A stretch of DNA of 64,000 bases from Kiritimatiellia bacterium (GTDB taxonomy: Bacteria > Verrucomicrobiota > Kiritimatiellia > JAAZAB01). Each line of letters opens with the position of its first letter. The stretch's first letter is position 1. The stretch lies in assembly GCA_040767085.1 (NCBI GenBank), contig JAXGPF010000008.1:32001-96000 (forward strand). The letters run 5' to 3'. A program made the translations under genes and the position numbers. Below the pieces are notes generated by a model. That model did no database searches. It saw only the letters and a list, made by a program, of their open reading frames with translations, and was not told the DNA's origin. Shown piece after piece: positions 18,208-27,703 of the stretch.

Positions 18208-19508
18208 GTTTCCTCCGGGGATGTTTGTCCGTTGACCATGGCAAAGTAAGCGGGCAGCGGTTCCGGCGCCGTCTGCGCGCACACGATTTCGCTGAGTTCG
18301 GGCGGCAAAGGCAGGGCGTCCGCACGGTATCCGGCAAGCAGGCGGTGGTATTTACGGATGAAACAATCGCGCCGCGGATTGTTCCCCATCGCCTGGTTCA
18401 TCCGCCGCCAGATGCGGTCGAGCGCAGTATCCCTGACATTGCCGAACCCGAGCGGCGTGAAATCGCAGGGACAAACAACGCCGTTGGGTTGGATATACAA
18501 ATGCTGGGTGCCGGCGCCGCAACCGAAGATTTCCGGGCTTTCGATTTGATTGAAAGCACAGATTTTAGGGGCTATACCCCGCTGGTTCGTTTGCACATGA
18601 AAATCACGCAGCCGGGCGATCTGCCGGGCCGTCAGAAAGATTTCCGCCCCGGCCTGCGCCAGTTTGCCGCATGGCATCAGTTCCGCAATCCGGTATTCAT
18701 GAACCCCAAGCTTCCGGCCGAGCTCGTGGACGCGCGTATATACGCCATTTTCCACAAAAGCGCGGGTGGCGACGCTGCTGATCATGGTGTAAAAGCCATG
18801 GCGCCGGGAAAGCCGGATGGTTTCTAGCGCCTGCGTAAATATGCCCGGGATGCCCCGCATGCGGTCATGGTCTTCCGCGTTGTCGAAGTCCAGGCTGACG
18901 CAACACGCCCAGAGCCCGGCCTTTTTCAACCCCGCCATTTGCGCCGGCGTGACGCCCGCGCCGGAGGTGAAGAGGATGGATTCCAGCCCCAGGCGGCGGG
19001 TATGCCGCACGAGTTCGGGCAAGTCGCCGCGCAATAAAGGTTCCCCGCCGGTAAAGCCGATGATGCTGACGCCGAGATTCAGCAGTTGCCAAAGTACATC
19101 CTGCCATTCCGCCGTGGCCAGTTCCGTGTCCATCCGTCGGTCGGCGCTGCAATGGAAGCAGCGGCACGGGCATTGCGCCGTCACGGCCAGGAACGCCGAG
19201 ACAGGGCTGAGGTGACGTCCGGAAAACAGATTGTCAAACATCCGGTCGTATCCCGGTCCCGGGAAAGGCGGGATGAAAGAATTCAGGACCCAGCGCCCCT
19301 GGTGGCGGGTCAGCCTTTCGCCGTCCAACCATTGCCGGATGAAGGCGAGGGCCGCCCCCTTGCGTCGGCGTGGGCGCAGCGATTCGTAGACCCGGTCGGG
19401 GACGCGCCGGATGCCTTGGGCGCGCAATTTTGCCAATGCCCATAACGGCTTGGCGGTGATGCGCGGGTTGAGCATCACCCGCAGGAGCTGGAATGTCAGG
19501 CCGTTCAT
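18204..19508 (-). CDS. Radical SAM/SPASM-domain protein
   Basis: CPCRCFHC (CxxxCxxC), FTGGEPLLR, C-terminal GCGAG..PNGVVCPC..GNV. Confidence 0.92.
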   Translation of the reverse strand: MNGLTFQLLRVMLNPRITAKPLWALAKLRAQGIRRVPDRVYESLRPRRRKGAALAFIRQWLDGERLTRHQGRWVLNSFIPPFPGPGYDRMFDNLFSGRHLSPVSAFLAVTAQCPCRCFHCSADRRMDTELATAEWQDVLWQLLNLGVSIIGFTGGEPLLRGDLPELVRHTRRLGLESILFTSGAGVTPAQMAGLKKAGLWACCVSLDFDNAEDHDRMRGIPGIFTQALETIRLSRRHGFYTMISSVATRAFVENGVYTRVHELGRKLGVHEYRIAELMPCGKLAQAGAEIFLTARQIARLRDFHVQTNQRGIAPKICAFNQIESPEIFGCGAGTQHLYIQPNGVVCPCDFTPLGFGNVRDTALDRIWRRMNQAMGNNPRRDCFIRKYHRLLAGYRADALPLPPELSEIVCAQTAPEPLPAYFAMVNGQTSPEET

Positions 19509-20383
19509 GATCTTTGCAGGATGCCCATGATGTAGTGGTGTCGTAGCGGCTGCGCCTGTGTGTGCAGGCAGTTTTCGAAATAGTCCGCCACATGCGGCTG
19601 ATCTTGCAGCGGCAGCATGTGGTCAAAGCCGGCCAGGACGCCGGTGCGCAGGAGCCATGGCGTACTGGCCTGATGCGCCGCGGCGACCGGCTGGCAACCC
19701 TCGGCATGCCACAACGCCTTCAAACCGCAAGCCGCGGCTTGGCGGGCGAACTGTTGCCAGGATTGCGGAAACCGCGGAAAGGCCAGCGCCTGGAGTTCGC
19801 CGGGGAAACGTTGCATGGTCCGGCGGAAGGCAATATATACGGGATACAGCGAGTCGCGCAAATTGACCACAAAGGCGAAAACGCCGCCGGGACATAAGAC
19901 GCGGCGCGCTTCCCGCAATACTGCCGGCGGATTGGCGTAACCGATGACCCAGGCCGACACAATCATTTGCGCCCTGGCCGATTGCTCAGTTTTCAAAAAA
20001 TCGCGCATATCCCCGGCCGCAAAAACGACATTATCCGCGGCGGCATTTTTGCGCGCCACGGCGAGCATGCCGTCCGAGATATCCTGCGCGATGATTTCCG
20101 CGTTGGGGTATCTGGCCGCCAGCTTGCCGGTCGTGTAGCCCGTGCCGCAGCCCAAATCCATGATTCTGCCGGCCGGGACATCCGGAAGTTGCGCCAATAG
20201 CCGGTCGGTTACACTGCGTAGACGGCATAACCAATTCGCATCGTAATCCGGGGCGATGCGGTCGTAACTGGCCTTGACCTGCCGGGGTCCAATCCAGCGG
20301 CAACGGACGAGCAACTGCGCCGCCCGCCAGTTCAGCCGCAGGCAATCGGAATATTTTCCAATATCCATCAGATTGGACCGCAT
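19505..20383 (-). CDS. Class I SAM-dependent methyltransferase
   Basis: IMDLGCGTG, DISDGML, RVLCPGG. Confidence 0.9.
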   Translation of the reverse strand: MRSNLMDIGKYSDCLRLNWRAAQLLVRCRWIGPRQVKASYDRIAPDYDANWLCRLRSVTDRLLAQLPDVPAGRIMDLGCGTGYTTGKLAARYPNAEIIAQDISDGMLAVARKNAAADNVVFAAGDMRDFLKTEQSARAQMIVSAWVIGYANPPAVLREARRVLCPGGVFAFVVNLRDSLYPVYIAFRRTMQRFPGELQALAFPRFPQSWQQFARQAAACGLKALWHAEGCQPVAAAHQASTPWLLRTGVLAGFDHMLPLQDQPHVADYFENCLHTQAQPLRHHYIMGILQRS

Positions 20384-20522
20384 CCCGCCAACAGCATCGC
20401 CGTGCAGGCAAGCGCAAATCCCGCGATTCTACAACCATATGCCAAAACACAAGTTTGCATGGTTGGATGTTACAATTAGGGCCGGTGAAAGTAAACCGCT
20501 GTTTTCACGGCGGGGATTCCAA

Positions 20523-20928
20523 GGGCGTAAGTCATTTCCGTAGGGGTTTGCCGAAAGGTTTGTGTGGCGGTATGCCCCGACTATTTTGAATCATGCGGGA
20601 AAAGCTGATCCAATCGGACATGCCGGTGAAGTGTAGTTTAGAGAATGATTTATGTTTCCGGGAATTCCGGCATGGCGCTTGTGGCGCCATCGCCGGAATG
20701 GGCGTACCGCGTGGTGAATTCCGCTGCCCGGAGTCTGCGCAGGGATTTGAAAAAGCAAGGCAAGTTTGGGGTGGATGCGGGCGCGCCGCGCGCCAGACGC
20801 CCCAAAATCGCCGCCGCCTTTTTCAAACGGAATTCACTACGCATTCCCACGGGGATTGCCCGCCACCCGCACGTCAATACAGCATTACGTCTCCCCCACA
20901 AAAACCCCTAAGGAAGTGAAATGCGCCC
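20523..20928. mobile_element. 406-bp MITE (family C) carrying a copy of repeat A
   Basis: 27-bp imperfect TIRs (22/27) at 20523-20549 and 20902-20928; perfect 9-bp TSD GGATTCCAA at 20514-20522 and 20929-20937. Confidence 0.85.
20709..20842 (+). repeat. Structured repeat family A core, divergent copy 3
   Basis: GCGTGGTGAATTCCG...AGGGATTTGAAAAAGCAAGGCAAG...GATGCGGG...ATCGCCGCC...TTTTTCAAACGGAATTCACTACGC. Confidence 0.85.
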
Positions 20929-20945
20929 GGATTCCAAGCTGCCAT

Positions 20946-21905
20946 TCAACTTATCCCGAAGTGCCGGCGCGGATTATGGACCAGCATTTGCCGGATTTGA
21001 CGCCGGGTGACTCCCAGCCTCTCCAGCGCGGGCGCCATCCGGGTGAATACGCTGCGATACGTGCGCCCGGGGTTGCCTTGCACGAGCCGCAGCGCGTTCT
21101 GCGGCCGGAACCCGGCGTCAACCGACAGCGTGATTTGGTCCAGGTATCCGCGGTCAATCAGCGCTTGCACCATCGCCATGGATGCGCGCACGCCCCGGCC
21201 GGAGTCCAGCCGGCCGCCGCCGCAGTTGAAGCTCAGGTTGGCGCCTTGATCCGCGGCCGGGAGAAGCTGGTCAATGGCGGTGATGCTTTTGCCGTCCGCA
21301 TGCCCGATGGTAATCGCGCCGGGCGCCACGCCGTGTTTAGTCAGCGCCCGCAGTTGTGCTGCCGGCTGATCGCCGCCCAGGTGCGTGGTGATGGGCAGGC
21401 CCGTCGCGTGGTGGGTTCGGGCCAAGGCTTCAAACCAGCGCGCGACGATGGCGTAATGGCGCCGCCGCCGGTCGGAGAGTTCATGCAGCGAAGTCGCCTT
21501 CAATACTCCGGGCCGGATGCCGCGGCCATCCATGCCATGGCGCGCTTCCGCCGTCCAACGCCGGGCGAGTTCCTTGACGGACGCGTTCAGCATCCACCAT
21601 GGTGATTTTTCCACGGTGTAAAAGCCGGTGGCAGCGATGATGTGAAACTTTGCCTGGCGCGCAATCTCCGCGTAAGTCTCCAGGTCCCGCCCTGTGGAAG
21701 CGCTGGGCGTGCATTCCACCAGGGCGTTGCATCGGTGTTTTTCGCGCAGCTCCCGCAGGCGGGGGACGATGAGGCGCAGCGCCTGCGTCCGGATGGCGAT
21801 GGACGCCTCGTTGGGACCGTAAAGCGTCAGGTGTTCATGCGTCAGGCACGCCTGCATTTGCTCCGGCCGGATCGCGCCCAATACTGTTTCAATCCTGGTT
21901 TACAT
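20946..21905 (-). CDS. Phosphotriesterase-related (amidohydrolase) protein; in-frame TAA right after the probable ATG (possible pseudogene)
   Basis: THEHL, VECTP, IIAATGFY, GVLKA, PITTH, IGHAD, LSVDAG, MLVHNPRR; reads M-*-TRIETVLGAI from 21905. Confidence 0.85.
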
Positions 21906-21939
21906 CTTGACGGTTGTTGTGCGGCGTGCAGTCCCCATG

Positions 21940-23439
21940 TCACCGCGGGCATTCCAGCCGCGCGCCGCGCGTTTCGACCGCGCCCTTGAATTTGCCCCCG
22001 ATGCGCAGCCGGACGGAATGCACGTTCCGGGCCGGCAGGTCGAAGGTCTGCTGCGCCAGCCACCAGCCCTGGGCGCGCTTGAGGTTGGGCTCCTTGACCA
22101 TGAAGTGGCGGATGGTCTCGTATTCCGGCCGGAGCGGGTCGGGATTGCCGGAGTCGATCCGCTTGGTCAGCTCCACGACCAGCGCAATCGAGCCTTTGAA
22201 ATCAGGGCTCTTTTTAAACAGCGCCTGCATCATCAGTTTCGCGCCGTCTTTGACGTGAATTTCGGGCGATATCAGCCAGCATTCGGCGCGGGCATCCAGG
22301 GATTGGAAGGCAAATCCACCCTCGGATTCCGGCCGCGCGCGCCAGGCGATGGTTTGCCGGTAGCGGTTGTCCAGGTGGATGTCCCAGCCGGACAGCGGTT
22401 GATTGGGCGGGGTGGACGCGCCGGGGAATTCCAGGAAATTGCTGCCGGGCGCCATGTCGGCCCCGCGCACGACTTCCATCTTCAAGCCTGGGACAGCCAG
22501 GCGGCGCTGGTGGAAACGCCACCATTGCCAGCCCGCCACGCAGACGCCGGCGGAGATGAGCATCAACATGGCCAGGAAGAGCGTCTGCCACCGGCGCACC
22601 CGGCGTTTCAACTGCGCCAGGTACTGCACCGGCACTGTATCGCGCATGGCGCCGGCGGGCCGGGCGGGCGGACTGAAGTTCACGCGCTCGCGCAGCGGCG
22701 GCTGGAGCGCCCGCGGGGCCGCGTTCAGGAATGGCGCCGCCTCCAGCGGCAGCCCGGCCTTTTCCATCTCGGCGCGGTGGGCGTCCAGGTCGAAGGGCAC
22801 CTTGCGCCAGAATACGGAACCGGTATCCTCGTCAAATATGCAGTAGGTTGCCCGGTAATCACCGTCGCGCGGCTGGCCGACGGAGCCGACATTGACCAGG
22901 AAGCGTTTGCCTTCCTCCAGCATGAAATCTTCCGGCGGAATCAGGCGGGGTGTCTGGCTGCGGCCGATGACGAAAATACCTGGCTGATGGGTGTGCCCGA
23001 CGAACAGGAGCGGTTCCGACACTTTGCGCCAGCCGGCTACGGCATCCTGCGGCTCAAAAATATAATGGAACCCGGCCGGCTGGTCGAAATTGGCATGGGC
23101 GCAGCGGAAATTTTCGCCGGCCAGGCAGAGCGGCAGGCGCGACAGGAATTTTTTTGCCGGCTCGCCCAGTTGTAAGGCGGACCACTGGATGATGCCGCGG
23201 GCGGGTTCGCTGAAATATTTGGGATCGATTTTACCGCAGATGGCGGCGTCGTGGTTGCCCAACAGGAAATGATCCACGCTGGTGTAGAGCGCCTCCAGCA
23301 CTTCCCGGGGGCGGGGGCCGTAGCCGACCATGTCGCCCAGGCTGATGATGCTGTCAACCCCGGCGCTCCGGATATCCAGCAGCACGGCATTCCACGCCGC
23401 CAGGTTGGCGTGGATATCGGAAACCACGGCATACTTCAC
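21940..23439 (-). CDS. Metallophosphoesterase with TM helix and C-terminal extracytoplasmic domain
   Basis: SDIHAN, LGDMVGYGP, GNHD, GHTH, NVGSVGQPRD. Confidence 0.9.
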   Translation of the reverse strand: MKYAVVSDIHANLAAWNAVLLDIRSAGVDSIISLGDMVGYGPRPREVLEALYTSVDHFLLGNHDAAICGKIDPKYFSEPARGIIQWSALQLGEPAKKFLSRLPLCLAGENFRCAHANFDQPAGFHYIFEPQDAVAGWRKVSEPLLFVGHTHQPGIFVIGRSQTPRLIPPEDFMLEEGKRFLVNVGSVGQPRDGDYRATYCIFDEDTGSVFWRKVPFDLDAHRAEMEKAGLPLEAAPFLNAAPRALQPPLRERVNFSPPARPAGAMRDTVPVQYLAQLKRRVRRWQTLFLAMLMLISAGVCVAGWQWWRFHQRRLAVPGLKMEVVRGADMAPGSNFLEFPGASTPPNQPLSGWDIHLDNRYRQTIAWRARPESEGGFAFQSLDARAECWLISPEIHVKDGAKLMMQALFKKSPDFKGSIALVVELTKRIDSGNPDPLRPEYETIRHFMVKEPNLKRAQGWWLAQQTFDLPARNVHSVRLRIGGKFKGAVETRGARLECPR

Positions 23440-23521
23440 GGGGCACCTCCGGCAGGGTTGGCGCAGTGCAGGTCAGTTGCTGCATCTTAGCAAACCGACG
23501 GCGGAATGTAAATGTCCGCCA

Positions 23522-24601
23522 TCATGGCAGCCGGCGCAGCCGGCCGGCGTATTCCGGCGCGGGGGTGAACCGTGCGGCGAAGGCGGGCGTGGCATGGAGT
23601 TCCAGGGGCTGGCGGTCCGGCACGAACAGGGCGGCATGGCCGGGGAAGTTCGTTTGCAGAAAACCGGCGCCGTGTTCCAGCCCCATGACAAACAACGTGG
23701 TCGAGAGGGCGTCGGCGTCCATGGCGGCGTCCGGGCCGGCGCCGATGACGGTTACGGACACCATGCCCTCCGCGGGGAGGCCGGTGCGCGGGTCGAGGAT
23801 ATGCGCGTAGCGCCGGCCGCCGATGATAACGAACCGTTCGTAATTACCGGAGGTGGCCGCGGCTTCGCCGTCCTGCAAGGCCAGCGTGCCCAGCACGCGC
23901 CCTGCCGCAAAAGGATTCTGGACGGCGATGCGCCAGGGGACGCCGGGCGCGGCGGCCCCCAGCGCGCGGAGATTGCCGCCCAGGTTGAGCAAGACGTTGG
24001 TGAGTCCATGTTTGACCATGATCCGGGCGACTTCATCCACGGCAAAACCCTTGGCAATGCCGCCGAGGTCCACCTGCATGCCCGGCCGCGCCAGCCGCGC
24101 CGTCTGGTTGCTGATTTCCAGGCGTCTGTAATCCACGCATCGCCGCGCCTCCTCCAAGGCGGCCGACGCCGGCGGCTGCCCCGGCGCCGTTCCGCCGCGC
24201 AGTCCCCAAATCCGCAGCAAGGGCGGCACGGTGACATCGAAGGCGCCGGCGCTTAATTCGCCGTAGCGGCGGGCGGCCTGCAGAATGACGATGGTTTCCC
24301 GCGCCAGGGGCGCCGGCGCGGCGCCGGCGGCCTGGTTGAGCCGCCCGATATCGCTATCGGGGTTGAAGAAACTCAAGCGGTTTTCCAGCCCGTACAACGC
24401 ATTGGCGCTGAGCACGCCGGCCGGCTCCAGGTAGTCGGCGCGGTCGGCCGGGAGCGTGACGGTAAAAACCGTGCCCATCGCCAGGAACATTTTGCGGGGC
24501 AGCGCCGCCGGCCGGCAGGCCGTCAATGCCAGCAGCAGGCCGCCCAGCAAGACGGCGGCGCCGACGGCTTTGATAGCTGGGGAAGAGGTGTGAAAATTCA
24601 T
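23522..24601 (-). CDS. apbE: FAD:protein FMN transferase (lipoprotein)
   Basis: Lipobox LTAC, AMGT, GAFDVT, DLGGIAKG, ATSGNYER, HILDPRTG, ADALST. Confidence 0.95.
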   Translation of the reverse strand: MNFHTSSPAIKAVGAAVLLGGLLLALTACRPAALPRKMFLAMGTVFTVTLPADRADYLEPAGVLSANALYGLENRLSFFNPDSDIGRLNQAAGAAPAPLARETIVILQAARRYGELSAGAFDVTVPPLLRIWGLRGGTAPGQPPASAALEEARRCVDYRRLEISNQTARLARPGMQVDLGGIAKGFAVDEVARIMVKHGLTNVLLNLGGNLRALGAAAPGVPWRIAVQNPFAAGRVLGTLALQDGEAAATSGNYERFVIIGGRRYAHILDPRTGLPAEGMVSVTVIGAGPDAAMDADALSTTLFVMGLEHGAGFLQTNFPGHAALFVPDRQPLELHATPAFAARFTPAPEYAGRLRRLP

Positions 24602-24673
24602 GGGCGCAGTTTGCCAGAAGTCGGAGCAAAAGACACGTTTTAAAAGTTGCCCGGCGCCGCGCCGGGTCCAAGT

Positions 24674-26044
24674 TCATCCTGCATCCGGCGGCGCCAGGCG
24701 TGGCAGATGCTTCCGCTGCTCCGGTGGCGGTTCATCCAGCGCGCGGCGCCGCGCCGCGCGCTCCATCTCTTCCAGGGGCGGCAGTCCGGTGCGCTGCCGG
24801 TGGTCTGCGCTGACGCGGCTTTGCATGAATTGTTGCCAGATTTTACGCGCCATGGCGGCAGCTTCCGCCGCGCCGGCGGCATCACCGCGCGCCGCGCGGC
24901 GTGCACTTTGCACCAGGAACCCGTCAACCAGCGCAATAGCGTCCTCCCGGGGCGTTTCCGACAAATCGCCGGCAAGGCAGGCAGCCGCGAATTCGTCGAA
25001 TTCCGGATCGCCCTGCGGATTGGGATAGAGTGCGATCAATTTCGCATAAAGTTCGCGCGCCTCCCGGACTTGGCCGTAACAGTATAATATCACTGCCGCT
25101 TCCGCCAGGAAATTGGCATAAGCCATATGAAAGACGGGGATGTCGAAGCGCTGCAAGGCTTCTTCATGGGCGCGGATGGCGTGCGGCAGCAGCTCCAGGG
25201 CCGGCGTGGCCAGGTATTCTCCGGCCGCGGGATCAAACTGCAGGCGGCCATGCCGGAAAGACTCGTCCATGCATTGAAAAAACATCTGGTAACAGGCCCG
25301 CACACCGGCCTGGGACGCATCCGCCCGGCGCCCCTGGTCAGACCAGTAAAGCGCGTGGGTAGCCGGCAGCCGCCAATCCAACGGACCGTAATCGCGATCC
25401 AAGGCCGCCATCATGGCGGCATCCAGCTTGTAAACGGAGCGCGCTCTCTCGCCCGCGGGCCCGCCGGCAAGCGCCTGGTAATCCGGATGCGCGCCGCCCA
25501 GGAGTTCGGTCATTTCCTCCGCCAGCCTGATTTTGAAATGACGGTGGGCGGTATCCATGACGTAGCCGATTTTATGCTGGTAAATCCAGCCGAGTTCGCG
25601 GAGCAGGACGGGATGGCGCGGATTGAAAACCAGCGCGCGGTCGCGCAGGAGACGGAAACCGTGCCGGACCCAGCGCCAGCGGTCTTCCGGGTCGGTGAAC
25701 ATGATGCTGACGTTGTATGCCATGTTCCAGGCGTGGAAGGCCCAGACGGTGGTGAACTGCGGTTCGAGCGCGGTGATCCAGTCGCTGAGTTGGACGAGTT
25801 CCAGGACGCGGGCTTCTTCCTGCAGGTGGATGGCGCGCATCCAGAGCAGGTCCGCGATGATGCCCCGGAAGCCGCCCAGGGCCACGGTGGTGAAAATCAA
25901 GGCCGGCGGCATGTCTTCCGGCGGCGGCTGAAATTGCGGGCGCACGGCGCGGGGCTGCATGACGTGCGTCCGCCAGAGCGCCGCAGCCGCCAACAGCAAA
26001 ATCATGGCTGGCGCCAGGAACCAGTGTTTACGCAAAATTTTCAT
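24674..26044 (-). CDS. Conserved-looking hypothetical helical protein associated with the ABC transporter
   Basis: N-terminal TM; LGGFRGIIADLLWMRA, WNMAYNVS, RWRWV motifs; same strand as the ABC genes. Confidence 0.75.
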   Translation of the reverse strand: MKILRKHWFLAPAMILLLAAAALWRTHVMQPRAVRPQFQPPPEDMPPALIFTTVALGGFRGIIADLLWMRAIHLQEEARVLELVQLSDWITALEPQFTTVWAFHAWNMAYNVSIMFTDPEDRWRWVRHGFRLLRDRALVFNPRHPVLLRELGWIYQHKIGYVMDTAHRHFKIRLAEEMTELLGGAHPDYQALAGGPAGERARSVYKLDAAMMAALDRDYGPLDWRLPATHALYWSDQGRRADASQAGVRACYQMFFQCMDESFRHGRLQFDPAAGEYLATPALELLPHAIRAHEEALQRFDIPVFHMAYANFLAEAAVILYCYGQVREARELYAKLIALYPNPQGDPEFDEFAAACLAGDLSETPREDAIALVDGFLVQSARRAARGDAAGAAEAAAMARKIWQQFMQSRVSADHRQRTGLPPLEEMERAARRRALDEPPPEQRKHLPRLAPPDAG

Positions 26045-26277
26045 CCTAAATCCGGCATTTGAAATTCAAAAATTGACATATGCAATTGAAAATACCAAAG
26101 ATCTGATTTCTGTCGCAAACATCTTTTGGGTGTAGGAAAATTTTTGAATTTCAAACCGGAAATTGGTTGGCGATTTTGCCGCATCTGCTTTGTTGGCAAG
26201 GGTTCGGAGTATACTAATACACCGTCACCCTTGCCGCCGCGCATCCGCGGCAAACTTGCCAACTGCCGGATTCAGGT

Positions 26278-27651
26278 TCATGTTCCCGCCATTCCCAATT
26301 GACGCCGGGCCAGCAACCAGGCGCCGGCTCCCGCCAGCAAGGCGGCGTAAAAGCACAGGACTATTCCAGCCTGCCCGGCGGCGGCCCAGGGAATCAGGCG
26401 CCCGCCGGTCAGCATGCCCACGGGGTCGAACCGGCCGAGCGCGGGCATCAGCAGCCGCACGATTTCGCTGGCGGCGGCTACGGCCAGGTCCAGCATGCGG
26501 ATGGGCCAGGCAGAGGCATCGCCTTGAAAAGCCCAGCGCACCCATTGGCGCCCGGCGGCATAGCGGAAACGGTTGAGCGTGTCAAGCAGCGGCATGGCGC
26601 CCGCCAGCAGCAATGCGACCGGGAAAGAAAACGCCGCGCCGGCGGTCAGGCCCAGCGCGGCCAGGAAAGCCAGGCGGGCGAAGATGATCAAGCCGGCGCG
26701 CAGCAGGTTGCCGGCAAAACTACCTGCGGGCGCGAGCAGGATCAATCCTTGCTGCCCGGGGAAGAGCAGCGTTGTCGTCGTTTCCGGATGTTGATTGGCG
26801 CAAGTGATTTCCAGCGCGCGGCCCGGCTGCAGCAAGTCGGCCGGCAAGTCCAGCCGGTGCGGCTTGCGGGGCGGCACGGAGATTTCGAAACGCCGGGGAT
26901 GGGGCGCTCCCGGCAGTCCAACCATCCAGACCATCGGGATGGCCGCCGTCTGGTCCGGCTGGGCGGTAATGAATTCAAACTGCAGTCCGCCGGGCCGGTT
27001 TTTCAGCATGGTGTCCGGCAGGTTGATGCGCCAGCGTCCGGCGCCGCCCGGGGGCACGGTCACGCCGGCGGCGCCGCTGTCCGGCTGATCGGTCAGGACG
27101 GCGGCGGGCAGGCTGACTTGGGCGGTCAACAGGGTATTGCGGAGCGCCGTCAGTTCGGCTGCCGGCTGGCTGGCGCCGCAGTTGAAGCGCCACATGCCGA
27201 TGCCCAGGGCCGCGCCGGCGAGGCCCAGCAAGGCGGCATTGACCAGGCTCAAACCCAGCCAGTTGCCGATCCAGATTTGCGCGGCGGCAACCGGTTTGAC
27301 GCGCACCAGTTGCAGACGGCCGGTGGCGTTTTCCAATGAAATGGCCGAGGCGCCGATGATCAGGGTGGCCGCGGAGAGCAGGAATGAAACCCATGCGATG
27401 GAGTAGGATAACCAGATGCGCGCCATCCCCGTTAAGGTGCCGTCGCCTTGAATCGCCAGGCGCAGGCCGCAGATGCCGGCCGTCAGCAGGACTGCCAGCA
27501 TCAGCCAGATGCCAGTGCGCCACAGGCGGCGCAATACCAGCGCCGCCGTGGCCCAGATTGGCAGAATATTTGAATTCACTATGTTCACTTTGACGCAGGC
27601 GCCTATCAACGCTCTTCCCGGCGCCGCCATGGCCGCTGTAAACCGCGCCAT
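26278..27651 (-). CDS. ABC transporter permease (start may be a downstream GTG)
   Basis: Multiple TMs; ENATGRLQLVRVKPV..QIWIGNWLG ABC-2-type motif; follows the ATPase. Confidence 0.8.
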   Translation of the reverse strand: MARFTAAMAAPGRALIGACVKVNIVNSNILPIWATAALVLRRLWRTGIWLMLAVLLTAGICGLRLAIQGDGTLTGMARIWLSYSIAWVSFLLSAATLIIGASAISLENATGRLQLVRVKPVAAAQIWIGNWLGLSLVNAALLGLAGAALGIGMWRFNCGASQPAAELTALRNTLLTAQVSLPAAVLTDQPDSGAAGVTVPPGGAGRWRINLPDTMLKNRPGGLQFEFITAQPDQTAAIPMVWMVGLPGAPHPRRFEISVPPRKPHRLDLPADLLQPGRALEITCANQHPETTTTLLFPGQQGLILLAPAGSFAGNLLRAGLIIFARLAFLAALGLTAGAAFSFPVALLLAGAMPLLDTLNRFRYAAGRQWVRWAFQGDASAWPIRMLDLAVAAASEIVRLLMPALGRFDPVGMLTGGRLIPWAAAGQAGIVLCFYAALLAGAGAWLLARRQLGMAGT

Positions 27652-27703
27652 TCCCGCTCATGCCGCGCGGAAAAGGCGCCGGCCGGGCCGGCTCTGGTGA
27701 AAA

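Noticed and set aside
5201-20842. CRISPR array or tRNA interpretation of the repeats
   Set aside because: Copies are dispersed and long, with no spacer periodicity, cloverleaf or cas genes
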